Positions 17,024 to 26,891 of a stretch of 64,000 nt of DNA are shown in pieces (positions within the stretch are counted from its first letter, which is position 1; the number at the start of each line of letters is the position of its first letter). Position numbers and translations under genes: made by a program. The notes beneath the pieces were generated by a model. The model was not told where the DNA came from, did not search any database, and worked only from the letters and a program-made list of their open reading frames with translations. Location: the IMG/VR virus record IMGVR_UViG_3300002030_000016, one strand, 5' to 3'. The DNA is from an uncultured virus (IMG/VR IMGVR_UViG_3300002030_000016) (Duplodnaviria > Heunggongvirae > Uroviricota > Caudoviricetes).

Positions 17024-18677
17024 TCGCTTCTTCCCTGCTCAACACGGCTTGCGCCAACATTTTTACCCGGCTTTCATCGCGCTGCTGTTCTGGCAACGCC
17101 TTTCCGGGGTCGTTGATCCCCCGCGCCTGATCTGCCTTAATCCCGTTCACTTCCATCAAAACAGGGTCCGAACCCTCTTCAACGTATGGATAATAGACGT
17201 TCACTTGTCGAGACTTTCCGCCACGACGGACGCGACCGATGATTTGCTTGTGGACCTGTGGCGACCAATCGAATTCACCAACCACCACGTCATCGCAGTA
17301 TCTTTCCAACCCATCAACACCAGCACCGGAACGCAGCGACAGCATCAGGATACGCGCATCGCCTTTGCAGAAGCGGTCAATGTTTTGGTTCTTCTTCTTG
17401 GTCGTTTCAGACCCGGTGTACATGGCCGGGTCGAAGTCACTCAGGACTTCTTGCCAGATGTCCCAAACCTCACGGTGCCACCCGGCAAGGATCAACTTCT
17501 TCACCCCGCCTTCTTCCAACAGCATCCGGCAATAGGCCGCGACCGCTCGCGACTTGGCCACCCCAGTTGCCTGACGCATCTTGGCATCCAGTTCCCGCGC
17601 GGCCTGCCCCGATTCGTGGAACGATCCATTCAGGACCAGATTGGCCAGTTCGTTCACATGCGCTGAATTTTCATGGAACACACGATCATCCCACGGCACC
17701 GCCTGCATCACCACGTTGGGCGGTGGCATGGCCTTATCGACATCATGTTCAGTCCGGCGAAGCATGGCGTTGCACTCTCTCAGATACTCGCCAAGCGCAT
17801 CTGGGTTCTGAACGATGCGACCACCGATGCACCATTCACGAAGGAATTCTTCCCAAGTGCCCAGAATGCCGGGGTCCAGATACTGCATCACATTCCAGAT
17901 TTCGGACCCGTAGTTATAGATAGGCGTGGCTGTCAGCCCCATCCGGTATTGGCACATATCGGCAAGAACGGCTGATGCAGACCCTTTGGCGGTGCCGGTG
18001 CCATGCCTCAGTTCCTGCATTTCATCCCAGAACACCGAACGATAACCCGCCCCGGCGAACGTGTCGGACCACCCGGCAACATTCGAATAGCGGAAGATGG
18101 TGACATCTGGGACCGTGCGCTTCAGGTCCGGCTTTACCGTTTCGATGACCTCGCTGGTCAGGTCTGTGAATTCTTCCAACCTGTCCTGCCATTGCTTCGC
18201 CAAGTGGGGCTGGACAACAACCGCTGCAGGTAGCGCGTCTGGGGCACCCATGCACATCGTCGCGAATGCTGAAATGGTCTTCCCAAGACCCACATCGTCC
18301 CCCAAGAGTAACCGGCCTGTTTCAAGGGTGATCGCAGCCGCTTGGCTTTGATAGGTCCACGGCTCTTGTCCCTCACGAAACCCGGACGCCCCGGAAGGCT
18401 TCCACCCTTCACCCAAGATGCCATCGATCAGTTCTTCCTGATCGCGCATGTCCATCACGCCTGCCTTCAGCTTGTCGCGGTGCTTCGTCTGAAGGGGCCA
18501 TCGATCCAAGAACCAATCAAGGTCAGCGCGTAGCTGCAAGCTGTCAGCCATCAGGTGCGATACCCCGCCGGACTGGACGCGAGGGAACAGGCGCTTGAAC
18601 ATCATGGCGCATGGTGGGGTCAGGTCACGGACCCGCCACAGCGTCCCATTGAATTCAAGAATTCCGTAGGTTCTCAC
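16995..18677 (-). CDS. SNF2-like DEAD/DEAH helicase
   Basis: LLGDDVGLGKT, WDEMQ, LTATPIYN, SGAGVDGL, QIIGRVRR; GTGA-coupled start at 18677. Confidence 0.9.
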   Translation of the reverse strand: MRTYGILEFNGTLWRVRDLTPPCAMMFKRLFPRVQSGGVSHLMADSLQLRADLDWFLDRWPLQTKHRDKLKAGVMDMRDQEELIDGILGEGWKPSGASGFREGQEPWTYQSQAAAITLETGRLLLGDDVGLGKTISAFATMCMGAPDALPAAVVVQPHLAKQWQDRLEEFTDLTSEVIETVKPDLKRTVPDVTIFRYSNVAGWSDTFAGAGYRSVFWDEMQELRHGTGTAKGSASAVLADMCQYRMGLTATPIYNYGSEIWNVMQYLDPGILGTWEEFLREWCIGGRIVQNPDALGEYLRECNAMLRRTEHDVDKAMPPPNVVMQAVPWDDRVFHENSAHVNELANLVLNGSFHESGQAARELDAKMRQATGVAKSRAVAAYCRMLLEEGGVKKLILAGWHREVWDIWQEVLSDFDPAMYTGSETTKKKNQNIDRFCKGDARILMLSLRSGAGVDGLERYCDDVVVGEFDWSPQVHKQIIGRVRRGGKSRQVNVYYPYVEEGSDPVLMEVNGIKADQARGINDPGKALPEQQRDESRVKMLAQAVLSREEANVKPGTVIH

Positions 18678-18886
18678 TGATAAAGCCCATTCGTGTATTC
18701 GTAGACGGAAACCATCCCTTCGTTTCCGCCGGTGTAAGCCACCGTTATCCAATCAAACCCATCGGAGATTTCCAAGGCTTTGACCGCCTTCATCGCCTCT
18801 TCTTCGGTTCCACACGATGTCACGAAGTCACCCAGACCCTTTGATGGATAGTATTCTTGACCAGCGAAGATGTGGTATTCCTTCAT
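18674..18886 (-). CDS. hypothetical protein
   Basis: MKEYHIFAGQEYYPSKGLGDF; ATGA-coupled. Confidence 0.6.
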   Translation of the reverse strand: MKEYHIFAGQEYYPSKGLGDFVTSCGTEEEAMKAVKALEISDGFDWITVAYTGGNEGMVSVYEYTNGLYQ

Positions 18887-19245
18887 AGCCATCCCATCCC
18901 CACCGAAACCACGACCACCGGCACCCCGCCGATGTCTGAAGGCAGGGATACAGCCTTTGCGCTGACCAACACCAAGCATTTTATTTCATCGTGGTCCGAA
19001 TACCTCAGAAGTTGGCGCATGAAAGCCATTTGGCTGCCCTGCACCTTGGCTTCAATTCCCACCGGACCAGCCATAAAGTCGATGCGGTCACGCTTGGATA
19101 GCTGGACTTCGTGCTGGTGATCGATGCCAGCGCCGGTCAATGCCTCTGCTATCGATGCGTGAAGGTGGGCTTCAGTCGAAGCTGACAGACGCGCGCCGGT
19201 CAGCGCGCCTATCACTGGACCGAGTTCTTTAGGGGTCGATTCCAT
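18883..19245 (-). CDS. PD-(D/E)XK nuclease-like protein
   Basis: HEVQL..RDRIDF...VGIEAK....QLLRY. Confidence 0.7.
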   Translation of the reverse strand: MESTPKELGPVIGALTGARLSASTEAHLHASIAEALTGAGIDHQHEVQLSKRDRIDFMAGPVGIEAKVQGSQMAFMRQLLRYSDHDEIKCLVLVSAKAVSLPSDIGGVPVVVVSVGMGWL

Positions 19246-19284
19246 TGCTATGTCCTTGGTCTTGAAAGGAATGGGGTCGAGTTC

Positions 19285-19776
19285 CTAGAACGGGATTTCG
19301 TCGTCCAAGTCCTGATTGAAGTTCCCGCCGCCCTCGCTGAAGCCGCCACTGCCACCGTTGCCGTAGGTGCCGCTACCTTCGCCGCCACGGTCATCGTAGC
19401 CGCCGCCACTGCTGTCACCATCGCCCCGGCTGCCCAGCATCACCAGTTGGCCATTGAACGGTCGCAGCGTGATTTCGGTGGTGTATTTCTCGACGCCCTG
19501 CTGGTCTTCGTACTTCCGGGTTTCCATCTTGCCTTCGATGTAGACCTTGGACCCCTTCCGCAAATATTGCTCTGCAACCCTGACAAGACCTTCATTGAAG
19601 ATCGCGACCCGGTGCCATTCCGTCCGTTCTTTGCGCTCGCCAGAGTGCTTGTCTTTCCACGATTCCGATGTGGCGATGCTCAGATTGCAGACCTTGCCAC
19701 CGTTCTGAAACGTCCTGACTTCCGGGTCACGACCCAGATTTCCAACCAAGATCACCTTGTTTACACTTCCAGCCAT
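19285..19776 (-). CDS. ssb: single-stranded DNA-binding protein
   Basis: [42 protein letters not shown]-terminal LDDEIPF. Confidence 0.97.
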   Translation of the reverse strand: MAGSVNKVILVGNLGRDPEVRTFQNGGKVCNLSIATSESWKDKHSGERKERTEWHRVAIFNEGLVRVAEQYLRKGSKVYIEGKMETRKYEDQQGVEKYTTEITLRPFNGQLVMLGSRGDGDSSGGGYDDRGGEGSGTYGNGGSGGFSEGGGNFNQDLDDEIPF

Positions 19777-19979
19777 CAGAACAATCCTTGAATAAATGCG
19801 CCTACCATCCGCGCGAGAATGAACACCATGAACGAAGCATGGATGACGAATGTTGCAGCAAATAGACCTATTTGCCTGTAGGTCTTCAGAATCTTGCTGG
19901 CGTGAACGAAAGCGAATAACGCCAGTCCAATCACACAAAATGTGAGGGTTAGATAATCTGCCCAGCTAATCACTATCAT
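19776..19979 (-). CDS. small two-TM membrane protein
   Basis: Two hydrophobic stretches; coupled to ssb. Confidence 0.5.
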   Translation of the reverse strand: MIVISWADYLTLTFCVIGLALFAFVHASKILKTYRQIGLFAATFVIHASFMVFILARMVGAFIQGLF

Positions 19980-20279
19980 TAGGATTTTCCCTTCTTCGGT
20001 TTCGATTTCAGGCCAGTTTGTGTGGCCAATTCTTCAAGCATCAGCGACTGCGAAAGGGACAACGAAGGGTCAGACATTGAAATCATTATGACGCCGTATT
20101 CGCTCAGGACGCGACGTGCCGTCACCTTGAACCGTTCGCCTTCCAGCGGGTCGCTGGACCCGCCACCTTCAATGGACCGCTCTATCATCGGAAGGTTCTG
20201 GTGCGATGTCCTGATGGGGATGTCGCGCTTTCGATCTGGTCGCGGTCCTAGCTTCTTGTTTTCGCGGGTGAACGTCACG

Positions 20280-20909
20280 TCAGGCGTCCTTCCGGTTCGT
20301 TGGAACCCGTCGCAAAACCTTCGCAGCAAAAGCCTTCCGTCGCTCCACTTCCTCTGGGGTCCGGGTCAATGTTTCAGCGTTGCGCCGGTCTTCTTCTTCC
20401 CTCGCTTCTTCGATCTTTTTGGCCCGGTATTTGACCGCATGAACCTTGCAGTTCTCGGCTTCGATCACTTCGGCTAGTTCGGGAACCGATGGTGGGAATG
20501 CACCTTTGAAGGGGCAGGACTTCCGGTCGATAATCGCTGCTACGGTGGTGTTCAGCGCCCCTTCGAACGTCTCGGCATACTGATCAACCAGATCGTCACG
20601 GACTTCCTGCGACCACGAATTCGCGCTGGGGAAGAAGGCCAGAAGCGCACCACCTGCCTTGATGCAGTCGATGGTGTTGGCCACTGACGCTTCAGCAGCT
20701 TCCGCTATGGCCAGCGCAGACTGGACCACTTCCACCGATGGCACAGCACCTATCCACGCCTGTCCTAGCGGGTCATACCGGCCATCCAGCGTCTTCAAAG
20801 CATCACCCAGCGCCCTGTGATCTGCCGCCCCGCCGTTTGAGGATACGGGCAGTTTGTGGGTCGATTTCGCCGGTAGCGACGGCATGGTCTTCTGCGGTTT
20901 CTGGGACAT
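20280..20909 (-). CDS. hypothetical protein, possible helicase loader (follows the initiator)
   Basis: Position, plus FPPSVPEL motif typical of phage replication accessory proteins. Confidence 0.5.
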   Translation of the reverse strand: MSQKPQKTMPSLPAKSTHKLPVSSNGGAADHRALGDALKTLDGRYDPLGQAWIGAVPSVEVVQSALAIAEAAEASVANTIDCIKAGGALLAFFPSANSWSQEVRDDLVDQYAETFEGALNTTVAAIIDRKSCPFKGAFPPSVPELAEVIEAENCKVHAVKYRAKKIEEAREEEDRRNAETLTRTPEEVERRKAFAAKVLRRVPTNRKDA

Positions 20910-21789
20910 CTTCTTCTGCCTCTATGAATTGGTTGATCGTTGGCTTGCCGCGTCGTTTCTCAGTTAAGAATGAAAGGGTTAGTCGCCAGTTCTTGTACTC
21001 GCCAGTCAGGTGTTGTCGTCCGCTGTAGTGCCCATGACGGGTGATCTTTCGAAGCTGGGCGTGCCAATCAGCAACCCCGCCACAGGCATTGACGGTCTTC
21101 ATCAGGGCTTTACTCAGATCAGCGGTCATCTTCCCGCACCGGACTGGGAATCGTGGGGCGTCTGGGTGTTTGTCTCGAATGGCAGCGACCATCATGTTGT
21201 AAAGTTTCGCAGCTTCCATGACATCGCGAGGGGCATCGAAGTCGCAGGCCGGATAGAACTTCGCGAATTCGTCGTTTTCCGGTGGGCTGAACTTTTCAGT
21301 GGCTTCAGGCATCACCAGATCAAGTTTTGGCGCGGCATCCGCCGTGCCTACTTGCTTAGGTTCCTGTTCCTCTTCCTGTTCGTTACTATTTGTGTCCTGA
21401 GAGGGGACACTATCTGTCCTGAGAGGGGACACTACACTGTCCTGAGAGGGGACACTACGATCTGGGTCAGACGTAATGTCCTCTACGGGGACACTTTCCG
21501 TAGTGTCGGCAACGGGGACACTACGGGCCGCTTCGATCAGGTAAACCGTGGCTCTGTTTTCCAGCTTGCCAGTATCGATGATGTCACCCAGTTCACGCAG
21601 CTTCGCGAGGGCTTCGGAGACAGACGAACGGGACGCATTGCAATCACGGGCAAGGCTGCCAGCCGATGGCCACGACAGGAAATCACCCCGTCCTTCATTC
21701 ACCCGCATAGCCAAAACCATCAGGACCATCCGGGTCAGCCCTTTGCTTTCGGAATTCGCAAGAGCGTTGAAGGCAGTCCTTGCACTCAT
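20803..21789 (-). CDS. phage replication initiator (N-terminal HTH, internal iterons)
   Basis: MVLMVLAMR...SWPSAGSLARDCNASRSSVSEALAKLRELGDI; central iteron array as in lambda O. Confidence 0.8.
   Translation of the reverse strand: MSARTAFNALANSESKGLTRMVLMVLAMRVNEGRGDFLSWPSAGSLARDCNASRSSVSEALAKLRELGDIIDTGKLENRATVYLIEAARSVPVADTTESVPVEDITSDPDRSVPSQDSVVSPLRTDSVPSQDTNSNEQEEEQEPKQVGTADAAPKLDLVMPEATEKFSPPENDEFAKFYPACDFDAPRDVMEAAKLYNMMVAAIRDKHPDAPRFPVRCGKMTADLSKALMKTVNACGGVADWHAQLRKITRHGHYSGRQHLTGEYKNWRLTLSFLTEKRRGKPTINQFIEAEEDVPETAEDHAVATGEIDPQTARILKRRGGRSQGAG
21393..21523. repeat. iteron array (probable replication origin)
   Basis: TGTCCTGAGAGGGGACACTA exact at 21393, 21415 and 21438; degenerate copies at 21477 and 21504; each has TGTCC/GGACA dyad symmetry. 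Confidence 0.85.
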
Positions 21790-21963
21790 AGCAGGCCAAC
21801 ACCGTTAAAATTGACAGCATTTGGCGCATCATCAGCGTTGATTTTTGGCGGATATACTATATCTAGCATTGCGGACCCTCTGACGGTCTTGCGCTTGTGA
21901 AGAGGGCGGTGCGAGAGGGCATTCCCGCCCCGCCTTTTCCTTTTAAGATCACACCGATAGCCA

Positions 21964-22716
21964 TCATAGCAAGCTGCCTTGTGGGCTGGCACCATCTTCC
22001 TGTCGATACAGCAACCCGAATTCAGGCTTCCCGCTGGGGTGCTGCGATGGCTTCTTCCTGTCCCACACGAACCACCCGTTGTTCTGCGGTGGCGACCCGT
22101 CGCCAGTGAAATCGATCTTCCAGCAACACAGGTAAACGCGCGCCGGTGGGTATTGCGCCCAGTGCGATGCGTGACCGGCTGCAGCGGGCCAAGACCACGA
22201 CAAAAGCGCCGCAAAATATTCCAGTTTTAATTCTTCCCACCCGTACCGAAGCCATCGGGCGTGCCCATCACGCCAGTTTATTTCCTGATAGGGCGGGTTT
22301 GTGACGACCGCCGGGGCCGGTGCTTCCTTAAAATCGTAGAAGCTGCGAAGGATCACGCTGTCAGCGCCACGGTCGATGATGTCGCTGTTGACGACCTCGT
22401 GGCCAGCCCGAACCAGTTCGCGAGAGATTGCCCCATCACCGGCGCACGATTCCCAGATCACCGGATAGTCCTGCAGCCGGTCGCGTTCCGCGTTGATGAA
22501 TGATCGTGTGGGTTCTGGTGGGGTCGCGTTGAAATCGTCTTTCTCACGCTCACGCGGGGCGCTCTGGTGCCCCATTGCCTTGAACAGCCCGCTGGCCACC
22601 GGGGCGGGGCGGTTGTCGATGGGCGCGTCATAGACACCCGATGCCTGATCACACTCGCCATCAGCACAGACGATGCCGTCCCGACGCTGGCAGACGATGC
22701 CATCGCATTTACCCAT
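21964..22716 (-). CDS. SAM-dependent DNA amino-methyltransferase (N6-adenine type)
   Basis: DDFNATP, IWESCAGDGAI (motif I), VVTNPPY (motif IV), WFVWD. Confidence 0.85.
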   Translation of the reverse strand: MGKCDGIVCQRRDGIVCADGECDQASGVYDAPIDNRPAPVASGLFKAMGHQSAPREREKDDFNATPPEPTRSFINAERDRLQDYPVIWESCAGDGAISRELVRAGHEVVNSDIIDRGADSVILRSFYDFKEAPAPAVVTNPPYQEINWRDGHARWLRYGWEELKLEYFAALLSWSWPAAAGHASHWAQYPPARVYLCCWKIDFTGDGSPPQNNGWFVWDRKKPSQHPSGKPEFGLLYRQEDGASPQGSLL

Positions 22717-23005
22717 TTAGACCACCGCGCGTGACAGCTTCGTCAACACATCGCTTCCAGAATGGTGGCCAGCAATGCCCCCGCTTTCGAAAGAACCTCA
22801 GATGGGCACGCCGAAACTTTGGCGGGACGTTGCGCCAGTGCGGGCTGCATATCCATTCCCATGACCATTCAGGGTGCGTCTTCCGGTGTTCCAACTGCTG
22901 CAGCCGTTCTTTTTCAGACAGCTTGCTGGTGCGGTTACAGAACGGGACCAAGCACCTGACCCGCTCACCTGCTTCGATCTGACGCTGTTTTTCAGCCTTG
23001 TTCAT
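22709..23005 (-). CDS. Cys/His-containing hypothetical protein
   Basis: CLVPFCNRT...ICSPHWRNVP. Confidence 0.55.
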   Translation of the reverse strand: MNKAEKQRQIEAGERVRCLVPFCNRTSKLSEKERLQQLEHRKTHPEWSWEWICSPHWRNVPPKFRRAHLRFFRKRGHCWPPFWKRCVDEAVTRGGLNG

Positions 23006-23396
23006 TGCCCGGTTCCTCAGATGTCAGGAAGACCGGCTTCATGCCATAGTCTTCCAATGCGCGGTCAACTCTAAACCGCAACGCCTCTTGGTGGGCGCGT
23101 ATCATTTCCCAGCTTCGGCACGTCCGTTCAGCGTCACAGATCAGCAGGACAAGGCCGCGAAGGGGGTCATCTTCCCCGACATCCTTGATCTGACTGGGCG
23201 TCACATCTTCGCTGTAGCCTGATAGACGACGAAGTTCCGAGACATCCAGACCTGTGCAGCATCCGCGTTCCGCGATGATCGCGACACGAAGCACCAGTTC
23301 AAACCCGGCACCCCATCGCTTGTCGATGTAGGATGGTTCGCCGGGAAGCGCAGGGACCGTCACTTTTGCCCACGCACCTTCATCAGATACTGGCAA
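22992..23396 (-). CDS. hypothetical protein
   Basis: Co-oriented 134 aa ORF. Confidence 0.45.
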   Translation of the reverse strand: MPVSDEGAWAKVTVPALPGEPSYIDKRWGAGFELVLRVAIIAERGCCTGLDVSELRRLSGYSEDVTPSQIKDVGEDDPLRGLVLLICDAERTCRSWEMIRAHQEALRFRVDRALEDYGMKPVFLTSEEPGNEQG

Positions 23397-23631
23397 TGAT
23401 CGCGGACCTGCCTGCCAAATTCGGTCAGGTATCCTGCACCATTCGCAAGACCGGCGTATCTCTGTTCAAACCACGGGGCCGTGGACCCGGTTGTTTTGGC
23501 CAGTGACCTTCTATGGTCAGGGTTCATCACAAATGCCAGCGCCTTCGCGGTTTGTGGGGTGAACCCGGTCGATACGGGGACAACTCGGCAAATTCTACAA
23601 TGGGGCATCATTGTTCCTCACTCTTTTCCAG

Positions 23632-23802
23632 TTAGACTGTTTCGCAGTATTCTGCAGCGGAAAGAAATAATCTTCTTGCTATTTTCTTTGGATTTTCACC
23701 CAAAGATAAAGATTCAGCATCTATTACTGGGGTATCCTCTCCCAGATCGAAGCATATACTGATCGCTTCTTTCAATTTTGCTGTTGCAATTTCTCTTTGC
23801 AT
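23632..23802 (-). CDS. 56-aa AT-rich ORF (not in the ORF track)
   Basis: MQREIATAKLKEAISICFDLGEDTPVIDAESLSLGENPKKIARRLFLSAAEYCETV, starting 1 nt after the ruvC-like stop. Confidence 0.5.
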   Translation of the reverse strand: MQREIATAKLKEAISICFDLGEDTPVIDAESLSLGENPKKIARRLFLSAAEYCETV

Positions 23803-23803
23803 A

Positions 23804-24349
23804 TCAAAAAACCTTCTTAGATCGCTCTAAAATGCGCCGCGCGCCGCGCTGGTTCCCACGATGTAAGTGGGTATAGAGCCAAACGCCGATGGCGTCTGCT
23901 TCGTCATCGTTCCGCACCTTAAAGCCCAGTCCCTTCGTGAACCGGACGGATGCTTCCTTGAGTGCGTCACGACGGCTGACATTCTTCCCTTGCATTGGGT
24001 CGTAATAGCCATTGACCGTCCCGCGCCCCCAGATGTTTTTTCGCCAATCATTGATCGCGACAGGCACTGTCTTCGCCCCTCGGATTTCGGATACCGCTTC
24101 CGTGATTGCAGCCAAGCCAAACAAGACCTGTGTGGTCTTCGGATTGATCCCTTGGAACGCAGCTTCGTATCCCACGATTTCAGGCTGATGCTCTTTCAGT
24201 CTGGCGCTTAACCACTTGAGATAAACGGCATAGCGTTTGTTGTCGTGAGACAGATCGTTGAATGAAAGCGACCCAAAGATAGGGTCGCCTTCCGCATCAC
24301 CGATGCAATAGCCGGTGCTGCCAAAACTAAGGTCCAGACCTACGATCAC
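23804..24349 (-). CDS. ruvC: RuvC-like Holliday junction resolvase
   Basis: IVGLDLSFGSTG, VGYE, NDWRK, NDDEADAIG. Confidence 0.85.
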   Translation of the reverse strand: MIVGLDLSFGSTGYCIGDAEGDPIFGSLSFNDLSHDNKRYAVYLKWLSARLKEHQPEIVGYEAAFQGINPKTTQVLFGLAAITEAVSEIRGAKTVPVAINDWRKNIWGRGTVNGYYDPMQGKNVSRRDALKEASVRFTKGLGFKVRNDDEADAIGVWLYTHLHRGNQRGARRILERSKKVF

Positions 24350-24951
24350 GTAAATTTGGCCTCTGCATCATCCTTGGCTTTCTTCGATGCGTCAGTCTTG
24401 GCATTGTCATCCAGCGCGTCGTCATCTTGGGTCTGCTGGTTGTCACGTTCGTTGGCTGCCTTCAGCGCATCGTTCAGGACTTTTTGACCTTCGTGCCATG
24501 CAGCGTTGAACGCTTGGATCAATTCCTGATCTTCATAGTTACACTTCATAGCTTCATCAGCGCGACCGGCGGTGAAGCCCTTGTTTTTGGCATAGTCGAT
24601 TTCGTTCTGACGAACCGTGTCTTTTGACGGCTTCTTCCCGGCATCGAACGACAGTTCAGTCTGGAAGCCAACGGGCATCCGCATCATCCGCTTCAACGCA
24701 CGGGCCTGCGATTCCTGACGTTCCTGTTCTTCGGGCGACAATTTGTTCAGCTTCCGCACGGCATCCAAGACACCAAGCATCACGCCTTTGGATTTGATTT
24801 CCTGACGGACTTCATTCTTCTTGGCCTGCAGCGCCTTGATCTGGGCGTCTAACTTTTCTTCCCGCCCAACCAAACCTTGCAGTTCTTCCGGCTGGCAGTT
24901 GATGCCGGACATTTCCGTGATGCCGTTGTTGTGGTCTTTCGCTTTAGCCAT
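24346..24951 (-). CDS. GapR/DUF2312-like DNA-binding protein with C-terminal RMF-like domain
   Basis: LQGLVGREEKLDAQIKALQAKKNEVRQEIKSKG..LGVLDAVRKLNKL..EEQ resembles GapR; KGFTAGRA...CNY...AFNAAWHEG resembles RMF. Confidence 0.6.
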   Translation of the reverse strand: MAKAKDHNNGITEMSGINCQPEELQGLVGREEKLDAQIKALQAKKNEVRQEIKSKGVMLGVLDAVRKLNKLSPEEQERQESQARALKRMMRMPVGFQTELSFDAGKKPSKDTVRQNEIDYAKNKGFTAGRADEAMKCNYEDQELIQAFNAAWHEGQKVLNDALKAANERDNQQTQDDDALDDNAKTDASKKAKDDAEAKFT

Positions 24952-25255
24952 TTTGGGTGTCTACCTCTTGAGTTTCAGCAGCTTCAGTGCGCCGCTGGGC
25001 CATGATGATCCGCGCACGACGCGCAGTGTCGTATGTGGTGGTGGGAACCTTCTTGCCCTTGTATTTTCGGGGGTGGTTCCGTGCATCGATAGCGGTACGC
25101 AGCAGGTTGACCCACTTGGTATCGCCAGTGACAGCGACCCCCAATTTCGATTTGCTGCAGATGCCTTCTGACAGGAATGCTTCGACTTCAGCGACGAACG
25201 CGATGAAATCGTGGTCTGGTTGAAGGGCTTCTTGGGTGTCCGATGTATCAGTCAT
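24944..25255 (-). CDS. Cro-like HTH regulator
   Basis: FVAEVEAFLSEGICSKSKLGVAVTGDTKWVNLLR; first gene of the replication operon, beside three operators. Confidence 0.55.
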   Translation of the reverse strand: MTDTSDTQEALQPDHDFIAFVAEVEAFLSEGICSKSKLGVAVTGDTKWVNLLRTAIDARNHPRKYKGKKVPTTTYDTARRARIIMAQRRTEAAETQEVDTQNG

Positions 25256-25265
25256 AGGCACAAAG

Positions 25266-25345
25266 GGGATAAAACCCGCCCCGTTGTCAAGATTTTATCG
25301 CGGGATAGAACCCTTAAATAATTCTTGATTGCAGGGTTAAATCCG
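25266..25345. promoter_or_regulatory. divergent control region with three 12-bp pseudo-palindromic operators
   Basis: GGGATAAAACCC (25266), GGGATAGAACCC (25302), GGGTTAAATCCG (25334); TTGACA on the minus strand at 25285-25290. Confidence 0.7.
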
Positions 25346-25386
25346 TTATTTGTGTTTTTGGGTTTGGCACATTGGAGCGCGACGAA

Positions 25387-25755
25387 ATGCAGACTAACCG
25401 TAAAAAAGTTGCCTGTGACGGATGCACCAGATGCTGCCAAGGCTTCCAGCAGATCATGCTTCAAGCTGAAGATGACCCTGATCAATACCAAACCACAGCG
25501 ACCATTTCCGCGCTAACTGGGGAACCCGGCATCGCGCTGGTCCAGAGAGCCAATGGCGACTGCATCTATCTTGGGGATGCAGGCTGCACGATCTACGACC
25601 GCGCCCCGGTTTTATGCCGGAACTTCGACTGCAGAGGCATGGCCAAGCTGCTTCGCTCCAAGACAACCAGAGCCGAATTCCGGCGCGTTGTCCGGGCTGA
25701 AAAAGCTGGCGTTCTGCAACGTGGAATCGAACTTATGAGGGAAGACACCCAATGA
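25387..25755 (+). CDS. YkgJ-family Cys-cluster (Fe-S/Zn) protein
   Basis: CDGCTRCC...CIYL...CTIYDRAPVLCRNFDC. Confidence 0.85.
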   Translation: MQTNRKKVACDGCTRCCQGFQQIMLQAEDDPDQYQTTATISALTGEPGIALVQRANGDCIYLGDAGCTIYDRAPVLCRNFDCRGMAKLLRSKTTRAEFRRVVRAEKAGVLQRGIELMREDTQ

Positions 25756-26882
25756 CTGATGATACCGAAAAGAAACTGCTGCCACTTGGCGTTCACTTTG
25801 GACTGCCTGATGAAATGTATTTCGCTGACCCCGGCCTTGGGTCAACCCAAGTGAAAGAATTGAACATCGACGCGCTGGAATATTGGTGGGCGTCTTCCAT
25901 GAACCCGTATCAGGAAGAACGCAAAAGCACTGATGCGATGACGTTTGGAACGGCTATCCACCGTGTCGTCTTGGAAGGCCCGGAAGCGTTCAAAGCCAAG
26001 TTTTCTATCGCGCCTCGCAAGTCAGATCACGAAGGTCTTTTGGTCACGAATGATGATCTGAAGAAATGGCTGGATGCGCGCGGACACTCTACCAAAGGCA
26101 CCAAGCCAGTCCTGATCGCAGCGGCACAGGATGGGGGATGCACTTGGCCTATCTGGGATGTCCTTCTGGACGAACACAAAGCCGATTGCGAAATGCGCGG
26201 GACCGAAAGTCTGGACGCAGATGTCGCAGACCAAATCCTGATGCGGACCCGCGTGATCAATGCAAACCCGCAAATCAAAAAACATCTGACCGGCGGTTAC
26301 TCCGAAGTCACGGTGATCTGGGAAGACGAAGATGGCGTTCGCTGGAAGGCCCGCATCGATTACGTCCGAAAAGACGGTCAGGCGGACCTGAAATCTTTCC
26401 AAAACCAGTTCAAGGAACCAATCATCAAGGCCATCGCCAAAAGGATCACTGCGCTACAGGGCCACATTCAGGTGAAATTGCACTGGACCGGCGTTCAGAT
26501 GGCCAAGCAAATGATCATCGATCATGGCGCTGATGCGGTGTTCTCTCACCACCCAGAAGAACCGCTGATGCGAAGCGGCTGCATCGATGGCCACACCCCA
26601 GATGAACAGTGGCTGATCGATTTCGCATCAATGCCGCCGGGTGGGTTCCACTGGGTTTTCGTCCAATCCACCAACGCGCCAGTCGTTCGGGCGCTGCAAT
26701 GTCCGCAATCCAACAAGAAGGAAGTTTCGGACGTTTGGAACGACGCTTCCCTGAAGATCAGCTACGCGAAGATGCTTTGGATGAAGTGCAAAGAACAGTT
26801 CATCGACGGTGAAGCGTGGATCGATACCGAACCACAGGAAAAGCTGGAAGACTGGCATTTCCCCCCTCACATCATCGGATAG
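25752..26882 (+). CDS. RecE/exonuclease VIII-like PD-(D/E)XK exonuclease
   Basis: YFADPGLGSTQVK, AMTFGTAIHRVVLE, SEVTVIW, KARIDY, ADLKS. Confidence 0.85.
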   Translation: MTDDTEKKLLPLGVHFGLPDEMYFADPGLGSTQVKELNIDALEYWWASSMNPYQEERKSTDAMTFGTAIHRVVLEGPEAFKAKFSIAPRKSDHEGLLVTNDDLKKWLDARGHSTKGTKPVLIAAAQDGGCTWPIWDVLLDEHKADCEMRGTESLDADVADQILMRTRVINANPQIKKHLTGGYSEVTVIWEDEDGVRWKARIDYVRKDGQADLKSFQNQFKEPIIKAIAKRITALQGHIQVKLHWTGVQMAKQMIIDHGADAVFSHHPEEPLMRSGCIDGHTPDEQWLIDFASMPPGGFHWVFVQSTNAPVVRALQCPQSNKKEVSDVWNDASLKISYAKMLWMKCKEQFIDGEAWIDTEPQEKLEDWHFPPHIIG

Positions 26883-26891
26883 GACCGGAAA

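Noticed and set aside
21393..21523. Possible CRISPR or mini-array
   Set aside because: Repeats are 20 bp with 2-3 bp gaps in the exact part, lie inside a replication gene, and there are no cas genes; iterons fit better
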